In this document: in pieces, positions 19,375 to 28,030 of the stretch
How the letters are laid out: each line of letters starts with the position of its first letter
Position numbering within the stretch: the stretch's first letter is position 1
NCBI GenBank assembly: GCA_963753125.1
Contig: CAVWAU010000006.1
Location: forward strand, 77,413-141,412
Reading direction: 5' to 3'
DNA: 64,000 nt
Source: an uncultured Chloroflexia bacterium
GTDB taxonomy: Bacteria; Chloroflexota; Limnocylindria; QHBO01
Notes under the pieces: model-generated
Seen by the model: only the letters and a program-made list of their open reading frames with translations
Database searches by the model: none
Told to the model about the DNA's origin: nothing
Position numbers and translations under genes: made by a program

Positions 19375-20740
19375 CTACTCTAGCCCGGCCGGCTCGAGGC
19401 CGGGCAGCGGCTCCCGGAGCGGTGGCACCTCGGCGACGCGACAGGCGCCGGCCAGGCAGACGCCACGCTCCGCATGGGCGCGGTACTCGTCGGGGAAGCG
19501 CTCCATGGTGGTGAGGATCGGGTTCGGCGCCAGGCTCTCGAGCTTGCAGAGTGCGGTGTCGCTCATCTTGCTCGACAGCTCGCGCAGCATGACGAAGTCG
19601 TTCGGACGCGGGGTGGCGGCCAGGATGCGGTCGAGCGCCTCCACCAGCCGCTTCGTGCCGATGCGGCACGGCACGGCCTTGCCGCAGGCCTCTCTTGCGC
19701 TGAAGTCGACGAAGAAGCGCGCCGAGTCGACCATGCACGTAGCGGCATCGGTGACCAGGACCGATCCGGAGCCGATGATCGCGCCGGCCTTCTCGAGCGG
19801 CTCGTAGTCGTAGGCCAGGGTGAGCCGGCCGACGTCGATGGCGCCACCGCCGGGGCCGCCGACGAAGACCGCCTTCGTCGAGCCGGTCCCGCCGCCGGCC
19901 ATGCCGACGAGGTCGAGCAGGCTCGTGCCCAGCGGCACCTCGAGCAGCCCGGGCTCCATCACGCGGCCCATGACCGTCACGAGCTTCGTGCCCTTGCTCG
20001 CGTCGCTCCCAACCGAGGCGAACGCCTCCGGGGAGTGCGAGATGATCCAGGCCACGTGCGCCAGGGTCTCCGCGTTCTGGACGACCGTCGGTGCGCCCCA
20101 CAGGCCGGTCGTGGCCGGGTACGGCGGCCGGATCGCCGGCATGCCGCGATCGCCGGCCAGCGCGTGCAGCAGCGCGGTCTCCTCGCCGGCGACGTAGGCG
20201 CCGGAGCCCTCCCATACGCGACAGCTGGATGCTGGTGTCGGTGCCGAGCACCAGGTAGCCGGCCAGGTGCGCCTCGGTCGTCTCGCCGACCGCGGTTCGC
20301 AGCCGGTCGATGGCGTCGGTCCACTCGCGGCGCACGGCGACGATTGCCTCGCTCGCGCCCACCGCGTACGCCGCGATGAGGAGGCCCTCGAGGACGAGGT
20401 GCGGGTTGCCCTCGGCCAGCGCCCGGTCGCCGAGGGAGCTGGGATCGGCGCCCATGAGGTTGGCGACGACGATCCTGCGGTCGGTTTCGATGCCGCGTGC
20501 GACGCGCCACTTCTCGGCGGTCGGGAAGCCGGAGCCGCCGCGGCCGCGCAGGCCGGCTGCCTCGATCTCGTCGATCACGCCCTCCGGCGAGAGATGGGTG
20601 ACGGCGCGCTTCAGGCCGCCGTAGCCGCCATGCTCGCGGTAGCTGGCCAGGCTGCTCGGGTCGATCCGCCCGATGTCGGTCAGCACCCGGCGCTCGCCGG
20701 CGCCGAGGATGCGGATCTGGGGCGAGATCGTGCCGGCCAT
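19375..20740 (-). CDS. nuoF: NuoF/HydB-like flavoprotein subunit, degenerate; apparent +1 frameshift near 20220
   Basis: GLRGRGGSGFPTAEKW, GSGAYVAGEETAL, RPPYP, QNAETLA, IGSGSVLV, EACGKAVPCRIG, ALCKL; halves are in the 18911-20740 and 19375-20142 frames. Confidence 0.88.
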
Positions 20741-21582
20741 CAGCTGCGGGTGCTCGCCGTGGCGCGTGTCGCGGCGGCAACCCGCTCGCTGACGATGTGG
20801 CGAGCCTTGGCGGCATCGACCGGCCCGTAGACGAGGGTGTCGACGCGAATGGCCGGGCTGATCGCGCCCGCCCCGACGTCAGTCGCCAGCTCCAGGCTCC
20901 ACTGACCGTCGGGCGTCTCCTCGCCTGCGCGGATGCCGAGCTCCTCCTCGATGGCGGCGCGCACCGCCGGCCCGCCGGCGAAGCGGCACGCGGCGCAGTC
21001 GCAGACGGTGACGACGTGGCCGGCGGCGGGCAGAAGGCGGAAGCCGCCGAGGCCGGCGGCGCCGAAGACCTGCGCCCAGTGGATGCTCATCCGGTCGCTC
21101 ACCCGGCGCAGCGCGCGCTCGGGCAGGTAGCCGTATCGGTCCTCGATGGCCCGGAAGATGGCGACCAGCGCCTCCGGACGGCCGCCGAAGGCGTCGATCG
21201 TCTCGTCCACCCACGGCGTGTCGATCGCCTCGTCCCAGCGCGCCGGGTTGCGCATCGGTCTCGCCGGCTGGCCGGCGCGGCGGTATGCGTTGGCGTCCTT
21301 GCGCTCGTCGTAGATCTCCGGCATCCCGTAGCGGATCCGGTTGCCCCGCGAGTCGAAGCCGCTCATGTCGATGGCCTCGACCGGGCAGACCTGCGCGCAC
21401 TGGAAGCAGACCTCGCACTTGTGCTCGCCGAACGGGTCGTAGATGAGGTCGAGCCGGCCGCGCCATCGGTCGGGGATCGGCGGGCGCTCCTCGGGATACT
21501 GCCGCGTCACCTTCGGCGCGAAGAAGTTGCGGAAGGTGGTGACCATGCCCTTGGCGATGCCGACGCCCGGAAACGCCATCAA
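20740..21582 (-). CDS. fusion of NuoI N-terminal half and NuoE-like domain
   Basis: GMVTTFRNFFAPKVTRQYPEE...RWRGRL...CEVCFQCAQVCPVEAI (NuoI-N, one motif only), then RYGYLPERALRRVS...VCDCAAC...LGIRAGEETPDGQWSLE (NuoE). Confidence 0.88.
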   Translation of the reverse strand: MMAFPGVGIAKGMVTTFRNFFAPKVTRQYPEERPPIPDRWRGRLDLIYDPFGEHKCEVCFQCAQVCPVEAIDMSGFDSRGNRIRYGMPEIYDERKDANAYRRAGQPARPMRNPARWDEAIDTPWVDETIDAFGGRPEALVAIFRAIEDRYGYLPERALRRVSDRMSIHWAQVFGAAGLGGFRLLPAAGHVVTVCDCAACRFAGGPAVRAAIEEELGIRAGEETPDGQWSLELATDVGAGAISPAIRVDTLVYGPVDAAKARHIVSERVAAATRATASTRS

Positions 21583-21592
21583 TGCACCCCGC

Positions 21593-22603
21593 TCACAGGT
21601 CGAAGACCACCACCGCGATGGCGGTGAGGAACAGGTTCACCAGCGCCAGCGGCAGGAGCACCTTCCAGGCCAAGCCCATGAGCTGGTCGACACGGACCCG
21701 CGGCAGCGTGCCGCGCAGCCAGACCGCGATGGCCACGAAAATGTAGGTCTTCAGGAAGAACCAGAAGATCCCGTACACCGTCCCCGCGAAACCGCCGAGC
21801 TGGGCGGGCAGCGGCCACGGCGCCAGCCAGCCGCCGAAGAAGAGCGTGATGAGGATGCCGCTCATGATGAACAGCGCGACGTACTCGGCGAAGAAGAAGA
21901 ACCCGAAGCGCATCCCCGAGTACTCGGTGAAGGGCCCCGCCACCAGCTCCGAGTCGGCCTCGACCATGTCGAACGGAGTGCGGTTGACCTCGGCCAGGCT
22001 GGCGACGTAGAAGATGGCGAGGCCGACCGGCTGCCACCACAGCAACCAGCCGTTCTCGAGCTGCCAGGCGATGAGCTCGCTGAAGCTGAGCGTGCCGGCC
22101 AGCACCACCGCGCCCACGATTGAGAGGGTGAGCGGGATCTCGTAGCTCACCATCTGCGCCGCTGATCGCAGGCCACCCAGGAGCGAGTACTTGTTGTAGC
22201 TCGCCCAGCCGGCCACCAGCAGCCCGACCACCGAGAGGCCGAGCACGGCGAAGAAGTAGACGATGCCGATGTTGAAGTCCGCAGCGATCGCGCCGGGCGC
22301 GAAGGGGATCACGATCATGCTCATCGCGGCGGCCATGTAGACCATCCACGGGGCGAGCGTGAATGTGCCGCGATCGGCCTGGTCGGGAACGGTGTCCTCC
22401 TTGGCCAGCACCTTGAAGCCGTGGATCGTGCTCTGGAACATCCCGCGCGGGCCGATCCGGTTCGGCCCGTAGCGCAGCGCCAGCTGCGCGATGATCTTCA
22501 TCTCCATCTGGATGATGACGAACGCGGTCGGCACGGTGAGCAGCAAGATCAGGGTCGTGGCCAGGACGAAGCGGCCGAGGCCGAGCAGCAGCTCCCAGTC
22601 CAT
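21593..22603 (-). CDS. nuoH: NADH-quinone oxidoreductase subunit H
   Basis: RYGPNRIGPRG, KYSLLGGLRSAAQMVSYE, AEVNRTPFDMVEADSEL, LPRVRVDQLM..WK. Confidence 0.97.
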   Translation of the reverse strand: MDWELLLGLGRFVLATTLILLLTVPTAFVIIQMEMKIIAQLALRYGPNRIGPRGMFQSTIHGFKVLAKEDTVPDQADRGTFTLAPWMVYMAAAMSMIVIPFAPGAIAADFNIGIVYFFAVLGLSVVGLLVAGWASYNKYSLLGGLRSAAQMVSYEIPLTLSIVGAVVLAGTLSFSELIAWQLENGWLLWWQPVGLAIFYVASLAEVNRTPFDMVEADSELVAGPFTEYSGMRFGFFFFAEYVALFIMSGILITLFFGGWLAPWPLPAQLGGFAGTVYGIFWFFLKTYIFVAIAVWLRGTLPRVRVDQLMGLAWKVLLPLALVNLFLTAIAVVVFDL

Positions 22604-22606
22604 CGG

Positions 22607-23890
22607 TTACTTGTCCACGCCGCCCATGACCGGGTCGAAGCTGGCCATGACCGCCATGAGGTCGGCGATGAGGCGGCGCGGCATGATCTTCGGCAGCGCC
22701 TGAAGGCTGATGAACGAGGGGTCGCGCATCCGGAACCGATACGGGTTCGGCCCGCCGTCGCTGATGGCGTAGATGCTGTAGAGGCCGCGCGGCGACTCGA
22801 CCGCCGCGTAGGCCCGCCCCGGCTTCGGCCGGATGATGCCGGGCACCTGGGCCTGCACCGGCCCGTGCGGCATCTTGTCCATGATCTGGTCGATGAGGTG
22901 GATGCTCTGCTTGATCTCGGCGATGCGCTGGAGATACCGCGCGTACGAGTCGCCTGATTCCTGGGTGATCACGTCGAACTCGAGCTCGTCGTAGATCGAG
23001 TACGGACGCGCCTTGCGCACGTCGAAGGGCACGCCAGATGCGCGCAGGTTCGGGCCGGTCACGCCGAGGCTGATGGCCTGGTCTCCGGTCAGCACGCCCA
23101 TCCCCTTCGTTCGAGCCGTGAAGATCTCGTTCTCGGTGATCATCCACTCGTTCATCTCGATGTTCTTCAGCACCCCGCTTCGCCACGTGCCGAGGCGGCT
23201 GAGGAACTCGTCGTTGACGTCCCAGTTCACGCCGCCGACGCGGAAGAAGTTGAAGAGCATGCGCTGGCCGCTGATGGCCGACAGCATCTCGACGATCTCG
23301 TCGCGGTTGATGAAGCTGTACAGGATCGGAGTCAGCCCGCCCATGTCGAGCGCCAGGAAGCCCATCATCAGGCTGTGGCTGAAGACGCGGTTCAGCTCGA
23401 CGACCAGCGCCCGGATGTACTCGGCCCGCTCCGGGGCCCTGATGCCATACAGCTTCTCGAAGGCGATCGCCGGCGCGTGCTCGTTGTGCATGGTGGCGAG
23501 GTAGTCCATGGGGTCGACGTACGTGAGCACGGTCGTGTAGGTCGCGTTCTCGCACAGCTTCTCGATCCCGCGGTGGAGATAGCCGAGGACGGGGTCGACC
23601 TCGATGATCACCTCGCCGCGGACCTTCACCACCAGACGCATGACGCCATGGGTCGAGGGATGCTGCGGGCCGAGGTTGAGCAGCATCTCGCCTTCGTCGA
23701 GGCTATAGACCTCGCGCTCGCGGTCGGTCTGCGGCGGCCGGTCGGGGATGCCGACCTGCTCGAACCCGGCGAATTCGGCCGACTCTCGGTGGACCGGCCG
23801 CAGCCCGGCGACGGCCCGCAGGCGGTCCTCCTCGGCGCGGTCGAGATCGATGGGGTCCGGGATGCGGACCTCGGGGTCGACCTTCGTCAT
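22607..23890 (-). CDS. nuoD: NADH-quinone oxidoreductase subunit D
   Basis: NLGPQHPSTHGVMRL, GYLHRGIEK, TGPNLRASG, GDSYARY, ESPRG, DPVMGGVDK. Confidence 0.97.
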   Translation of the reverse strand: MTKVDPEVRIPDPIDLDRAEEDRLRAVAGLRPVHRESAEFAGFEQVGIPDRPPQTDREREVYSLDEGEMLLNLGPQHPSTHGVMRLVVKVRGEVIIEVDPVLGYLHRGIEKLCENATYTTVLTYVDPMDYLATMHNEHAPAIAFEKLYGIRAPERAEYIRALVVELNRVFSHSLMMGFLALDMGGLTPILYSFINRDEIVEMLSAISGQRMLFNFFRVGGVNWDVNDEFLSRLGTWRSGVLKNIEMNEWMITENEIFTARTKGMGVLTGDQAISLGVTGPNLRASGVPFDVRKARPYSIYDELEFDVITQESGDSYARYLQRIAEIKQSIHLIDQIMDKMPHGPVQAQVPGIIRPKPGRAYAAVESPRGLYSIYAISDGGPNPYRFRMRDPSFISLQALPKIMPRRLIADLMAVMASFDPVMGGVDK

Positions 23891-24513
23891 CGCGGGCGGC
23901 TCTTGTCGGCGTCGGTCTCGCCGGCCTCGACGGTGGCGGGGTGCTGTTCGGCGGGAACGCCCACCGCAGGGGCGTCACGGAAGCGGGTCAGGTCCCACGT
24001 CTCGGGGCGCTCGAGCGGGTTCACGCCGTGGGCCGACGAGTCGGCGGCGTCGTCGGGCAGGATGAAGTCCCTGCGCTGCGGGAAGGACCGATAGTCGGGC
24101 GACATGTAGATCCGGCGCAGGTCGCGGTTGCCCTCGAAGACGATGCCCATCATGTCGTACATCTCGCGCTCGTGGAACATCGCGCCCTCCCACATGTGGG
24201 TGATGGTGCGGATGCGCGGGTCGGCGCGATCGACGCGGGCGCGGACGCGGAGCCAGGCCGGGTGCTTCCAGCTGAAGAGGTGGTAGACGACCTCGAAGTG
24301 CGCGTCGACGCCGTAGTCGACGGCGGCCTCGTCGGCGAGCATGAAGAATGCGAGGTCCTCGTCGTCGCGCAGCGTCGTCAGCACCTCGACGTTGGTTGCG
24401 CCGTCGATGGTGAACTCGACCGTGTCCTCGTCGGTCCACAGGTCGCGCAGGTCGGCGGACAGGCGCTCGTTGAGAAGCCTCACGAGCGCCCCCGCGGCCA
24501 CAGGCGTGGTCAG
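23887..24513 (-). CDS. nuoC: NADH-quinone oxidoreductase subunit C (probable CTG start; alternative GTG 24501)
   Basis: [29 protein letters not shown]...FPQRRDF; SD GGAG 7 nt before the CTG, which overlaps the nuoB TGA. Confidence 0.93.
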   Translation of the reverse strand: MTTPVAAGALVRLLNERLSADLRDLWTDEDTVEFTIDGATNVEVLTTLRDDEDLAFFMLADEAAVDYGVDAHFEVVYHLFSWKHPAWLRVRARVDRADPRIRTITHMWEGAMFHEREMYDMMGIVFEGNRDLRRIYMSPDYRSFPQRRDFILPDDAADSSAHGVNPLERPETWDLTRFRDAPAVGVPAEQHPATVEAGETDADKSRPR

Positions 24514-25178
24514 CGGACGTCTCCTTCCCAGCGCATGCGCTGCGGACCGCGATCGACGAAGGTGGGCCACTGGCCGCGGCGTTCCTTGACCAGCTCGTGG
24601 AGCTTCATCATCCCGTAGATGAGGCCCTCGGGGCGCGGCGGGCAGCCGGGAACGTAGACGTCGACGGGCATGACGCGGTCGACGCCCTGCACCACCGAGT
24701 AGGAGCGCTTGAACCGGCCGCCGGAGGTGGTGCAGGTGCCCATCGCCACGCACCACTTCGGCTCGGGCATCTGCTCCCAGAGGCGCACGAGCGGCCCGGC
24801 CATCTTCGTGGTCAGCGTCCCGGCGACGATCAGCACATCGGCCTGTCGTGGCGAGGCACGGAACGGGAACATCCCGAATCGGTCGATGTCGTTGACGCTG
24901 GTGGCGGTCGACATCATCTCGATCGCGCAGCAGCTCAGGCCGGACAGGAGCGGCCACAGCGAGTTGGCGCGGATGAGGTCGAGGACGTAGTCGGCCTTGG
25001 TCGGGATCACCTCGAGCAGGCCGTGGAAGCCGCCCTGTGGGTGCTCCTCCATGCCGAACTCGCGGAGGAGGGCGTCCTCGGCCCCGGCGTCCGGAATGAT
25101 GATCGGGCCGTCGCCGTCATCGGTCTTGGCCAGCTCTGTGCTGGTGGTGGTGGGGTCGTTCGGTCGGTCTACTGCCAT
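24510..25178 (-). CDS. nuoB: NADH-quinone oxidoreductase subunit B
   Basis: [39 protein letters not shown] (N2 ligands intact). Confidence 0.97.
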   Translation of the reverse strand: MAVDRPNDPTTTSTELAKTDDGDGPIIIPDAGAEDALLREFGMEEHPQGGFHGLLEVIPTKADYVLDLIRANSLWPLLSGLSCCAIEMMSTATSVNDIDRFGMFPFRASPRQADVLIVAGTLTTKMAGPLVRLWEQMPEPKWCVAMGTCTTSGGRFKRSYSVVQGVDRVMPVDVYVPGCPPRPEGLIYGMMKLHELVKERRGQWPTFVDRGPQRMRWEGDVR

Positions 25179-25528
25179 CGCAGGTCACCCTTCTTCCACG
25201 CGTAGAACTCGCCGAACATGAGGATCGCAAGGAAGATGCCGATGAGCACGATCCCCTGGAACTCCAGCGCCCGCACGGTGATGGCCCACAGGTAGACGAA
25301 GATGATCTCCACGTCGAAGGCCACGAACAGCAGGGCGTACAGGTAGAAGGCCAGCCCGAAGCGGCTCCACGTGTCACCGATGGTGTCCACGCCCGACTCG
25401 TACGGCAGGCCCTTCTGGGGGCGACGCCGCCGATGGGTGATCAGCCAGCTGAACAGGATCGTGCCGAAGACGAAGGTCGTCGCCGCGAACCCGAAGCCGA
25501 TGACGTAGAGCAGTCCGGTGTGATCCAT
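25169..25528 (-). CDS. nuoA: NADH-quinone oxidoreductase subunit A
   Basis: [29 protein letters not shown]; SD GGAG before ATG 25528. Confidence 0.96.
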   Translation of the reverse strand: MDHTGLLYVIGFGFAATTFVFGTILFSWLITHRRRRPQKGLPYESGVDTIGDTWSRFGLAFYLYALLFVAFDVEIIFVYLWAITVRALEFQGIVLIGIFLAILMFGEFYAWKKGDLRWQ

Positions 25529-25595
25529 TTCCACTCCGGTACCACGCGCGGTATCCACGCGGGCCACGCCGGCCCGCCGATTGGTTCAGTCTCGT

Positions 25596-25629
25596 TCGAG
25601 GCGAGGCTCCTCGCCTCGATCACAGTCTA
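25596..25629 (-). promoter_or_regulatory. nuoA promoter -10 (TAGACT) followed by a perfect palindrome
   Basis: TCGAGGCGAGG-CT-CCTCGCCTCGA at 25596-25619, just downstream of TAGACT (25629-25624). Confidence 0.5.
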
Positions 25630-25641
25630 GCAGTCCGCTCC

Positions 25642-26766
25642 TCAGCGCCCCTGCCAGGCGGCCGCCACGATCAGTCGCAGCCCGTCGCTGACCAGCGCGT
25701 GCCCTCCGAGCAGGAACGGCACCGATGCGCCCTCGGCCGCGTCGCCAAGCTCCCGCAGCCACGCCGTCTCGACGCGCGAGACGTCGCCGAAGTCGGAGGC
25801 GAATCGCTCCTCCTCCGGCGGCCAGGCAGCCGCATCAGCAGAGCCCGCTACCGCCGCCATGAGCACGCGCGTGTCCAGCACGACCGCGTCGCCCAGACGC
25901 GCCAGCTCCGCGATCAGCTCGGCCGGCGACGTGCGCGCCATCAGCGCCGCGAGAATCGAGCGCGGCTCCTGCCCCGACCCGGGCGCCGACCGCATCCCGC
26001 GCTCCTCCACGAGGGCACGCACGCGGCAGGCGGTCTCGGTCTCGAGCATCTGCCAGGTCGTCGTCGGCACCCGTCCGGCGACCACCAGCTCGGCCGATCG
26101 GTCCCGCACGACTGCGCCGATGGCATCCAGGTGCGGAACCTCCAGCGCACGGTCTCCGGGCAGCCGCGCCATCTCGAGGAAGCCGCTCACGGAACCGTCG
26201 AGCGCCCGCGTGCCCTCGAGACGCGTTGCCAGACGAAGGAGCGCCAGGTCGAGCGTGGTGTCGACGTCGAACCGCGCCCAGTCGGTGGCGCCCAGGTCGC
26301 GCCACTCCCAGCCCGCATCGTTGAGCGCGCGCGGCGCGCCGTTATCGCTCTCGCACTCCTCCAGCGCTGCGAGCGCCCGATCCAGCTCGCCGGCGACGAC
26401 GAAGGCATCGGCGCTGAAGCGGTTGTTGGCGACGACTTCGCCGCGGATCGGGGAGAGCAGTGCGTCCAGCCCGGCGTCGTCCAGCAGCGCCAGGGCTCCG
26501 GCGCCCGCGTAGCCGATCGCGTCCACCTGCGCGCCCTCCAGCGCCCGGCGCGCCCCAGCCGCGAACCATCGCCCCCAGTCGAACGCGCCATCAGGCGCCG
26601 CCTCGAAGGGTAGCGGAGCCACCGCCGCCCCGACGCGGCCGAGGCGGTGCGACAGCTCGGCCGCCAGCAGACGCTGACCCTCGGCCGCCACTGCGGCGTG
26701 GGAGCCGAACGGCTGACCGGTGGCCGGCGTGGCCACCAGGACGAGCGGCGCCGGGCGCTCAGGCAT
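25642..26766 (-). CDS. uncharacterised protein with CofC/GT-A nucleotidyltransferase-like N-terminal part
   Basis: Strong GC3 coding bias; VVANNRFSADAFVV and WARFDVDTTLDL resemble CofC-like motifs (recalled, unverified); ATG overlaps the upstream stop (ATGCCTGA). Confidence 0.55.
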   Translation of the reverse strand: MPERPAPLVLVATPATGQPFGSHAAVAAEGQRLLAAELSHRLGRVGAAVAPLPFEAAPDGAFDWGRWFAAGARRALEGAQVDAIGYAGAGALALLDDAGLDALLSPIRGEVVANNRFSADAFVVAGELDRALAALEECESDNGAPRALNDAGWEWRDLGATDWARFDVDTTLDLALLRLATRLEGTRALDGSVSGFLEMARLPGDRALEVPHLDAIGAVVRDRSAELVVAGRVPTTTWQMLETETACRVRALVEERGMRSAPGSGQEPRSILAALMARTSPAELIAELARLGDAVVLDTRVLMAAVAGSADAAAWPPEEERFASDFGDVSRVETAWLRELGDAAEGASVPFLLGGHALVSDGLRLIVAAAWQGR

Positions 26767-27389
26767 CCACAGTGCCGGCGGCGCTGCCATCGGTCTCGAG
26801 CAGGCGATGCAGCTGTTCGAGGTGCATGCAGTCGTGGATGCCGAGGAAGAGGAGCCACTCGCCACAGCGCAGATGGCCGATGAGCGGATGGTCCAACCCG
26901 CATCGCTGGCGCTCGTTCCCGGAGATCCGCGCCGCGGCCTCGCGGATCGCGCGACGCGACTTGTCGAGGAGGACCAGGAGCTCCTCGCGCGTCGCGTCCG
27001 GCCGGCCGGGAATCGGAGGGAGTGACCACCGGCGCCCGCTCTTTCGGCCACTCCCGGCCTCCAGCGTCGAGCGCCGCCCACGTCCCCAGGAATCGTCGCG
27101 CGGCGGTCGTGTGGGCGAAGGCCTGGGCGACGTTCCAGTTCTCTTCGCCGCCAGGCGCGCGCAGCAGGCCCTCGGGCATGGCGCGGAGGACCGACTCGAG
27201 CGCGTCGCCGACGACCTCCTGCTGCCCGAGGATCCGCGGCGTGTCGCCTTCGTGGACGCGGTCGCGGAGCTCGCGGCGCAGCGCCTTCAGGCCGGTGAAG
27301 GAGTTGTCGAGGGCGTGCCAGCAGGCGACGACGTCGGGCGCATCGGTCTCCAGGGTGGTGAGCCAGGAGGGTGCTGGTGCCGAGGTCAC
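26759..27389 (-). CDS. DinB/YfiT-family metalloprotein; apparent +1 frameshift near 27015
   Basis: WNVAQAFAH...HPLIGHLRCGEWLLFLGIHDCMHLEQL gives the DinB His...H-x3-H triad once the frame is corrected. Confidence 0.75.
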
Positions 27390-27420
27390 CGAGTGATTAT
27401 GGACGCCCGGTTCGGCCCGC

Positions 27421-27750
27421 CTACAGCCGCTCGAAGCGCTCCACGGGCAGGACGAAGACGGTGGCCCCGCCGACCTCAACCTCGACCGGATAGGGCATGT
27501 AGAACTCGCCCGGCTCCATGATCGGGGGCATCGGGTTCACGAACTGCTTGCGCGAGTGGCAGTTCGCGCTGATGAGCTCGAGCACGGCGTCGACCTGGTT
27601 GTCCTCGACGCCGACCAGGATGGTGGCGTTGCCCTGCTTGAGGAATCCCCCCGACGAGTTGACGCGGGTCGCGCGGTACTCCTTCTCGAGCAGCGCGTCC
27701 ACCAGCGTGGCGGCATCCTCGTTGTGGACGATGGCGGTCACGAGCTTCAT
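27421..27750 (-). CDS. darA: PII-like cyclic-di-AMP receptor (DarA/PstA, YaaQ family)
   Basis: MKLVTAIVHNED, SSGGFLKQGNATILVG, VEVGGATVFVLPVERF; downstream of tmk as in Firmicutes. Confidence 0.92.
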   Translation of the reverse strand: MKLVTAIVHNEDAATLVDALLEKEYRATRVNSSGGFLKQGNATILVGVEDNQVDAVLELISANCHSRKQFVNPMPPIMEPGEFYMPYPVEVEVGGATVFVLPVERFERL

Positions 27751-27785
27751 CGGGCGGATGCTCCTTCATGGGAGGGGCACGGCGA

Positions 27786-28012
27786 GGAATGCGCTCAGTA
27801 TGGCGCAGGGGAGCGACCGAGGGCCACCCGCCCTGCGTCCCTCGACTTGGTCCTCAGCGCGTACTTTCGAGCGCATTCCGCTCGAGATCCCGGCTCTTTC
27901 CGGGGGCGCAAGTAACGACCAACTTCGCCCTCCTGGATGGCCGTGGGTGTCTCCGCCCGCAACACCCGACCACGTTGGCGCCGCATCCGGCTGCTGCTTC
28001 GTCGTTACTTGC
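27786..28012. other. two long imperfect hairpins in the tmk-darA intergenic region
   Basis: Closing stems GGAATGCGCTC (27786-96)/GAGCGCATTCC (27869-79) and GCAAGTAACGAC (27908-19)/GTCGTTACTTGC (28001-12), with further internal pairing. Confidence 0.7.
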
Positions 28013-28030
28013 TGTCGGCGAAACGCGCTA

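Noticed and set aside
19375-20740. nuoF as a true pseudogene or programmed frameshift
   Set aside because: One extra base, no slippery heptamer seen, both halves keep strong codon bias, and similar breaks affect pdxT. A sequencing error is more likely, but this is unproven without reads.
16977-21582. Hydrogenase or formate dehydrogenase instead of a complex I head
   Set aside because: No H-cluster motifs, no NiFe CxxC pair in NuoD and no molybdopterin catalytic domain in the window.
27751-28030. ydaO c-di-AMP riboswitch upstream of darA
   Set aside because: The conserved ydaO sequence elements could not be found by eye; kept only as an unknown structured region.
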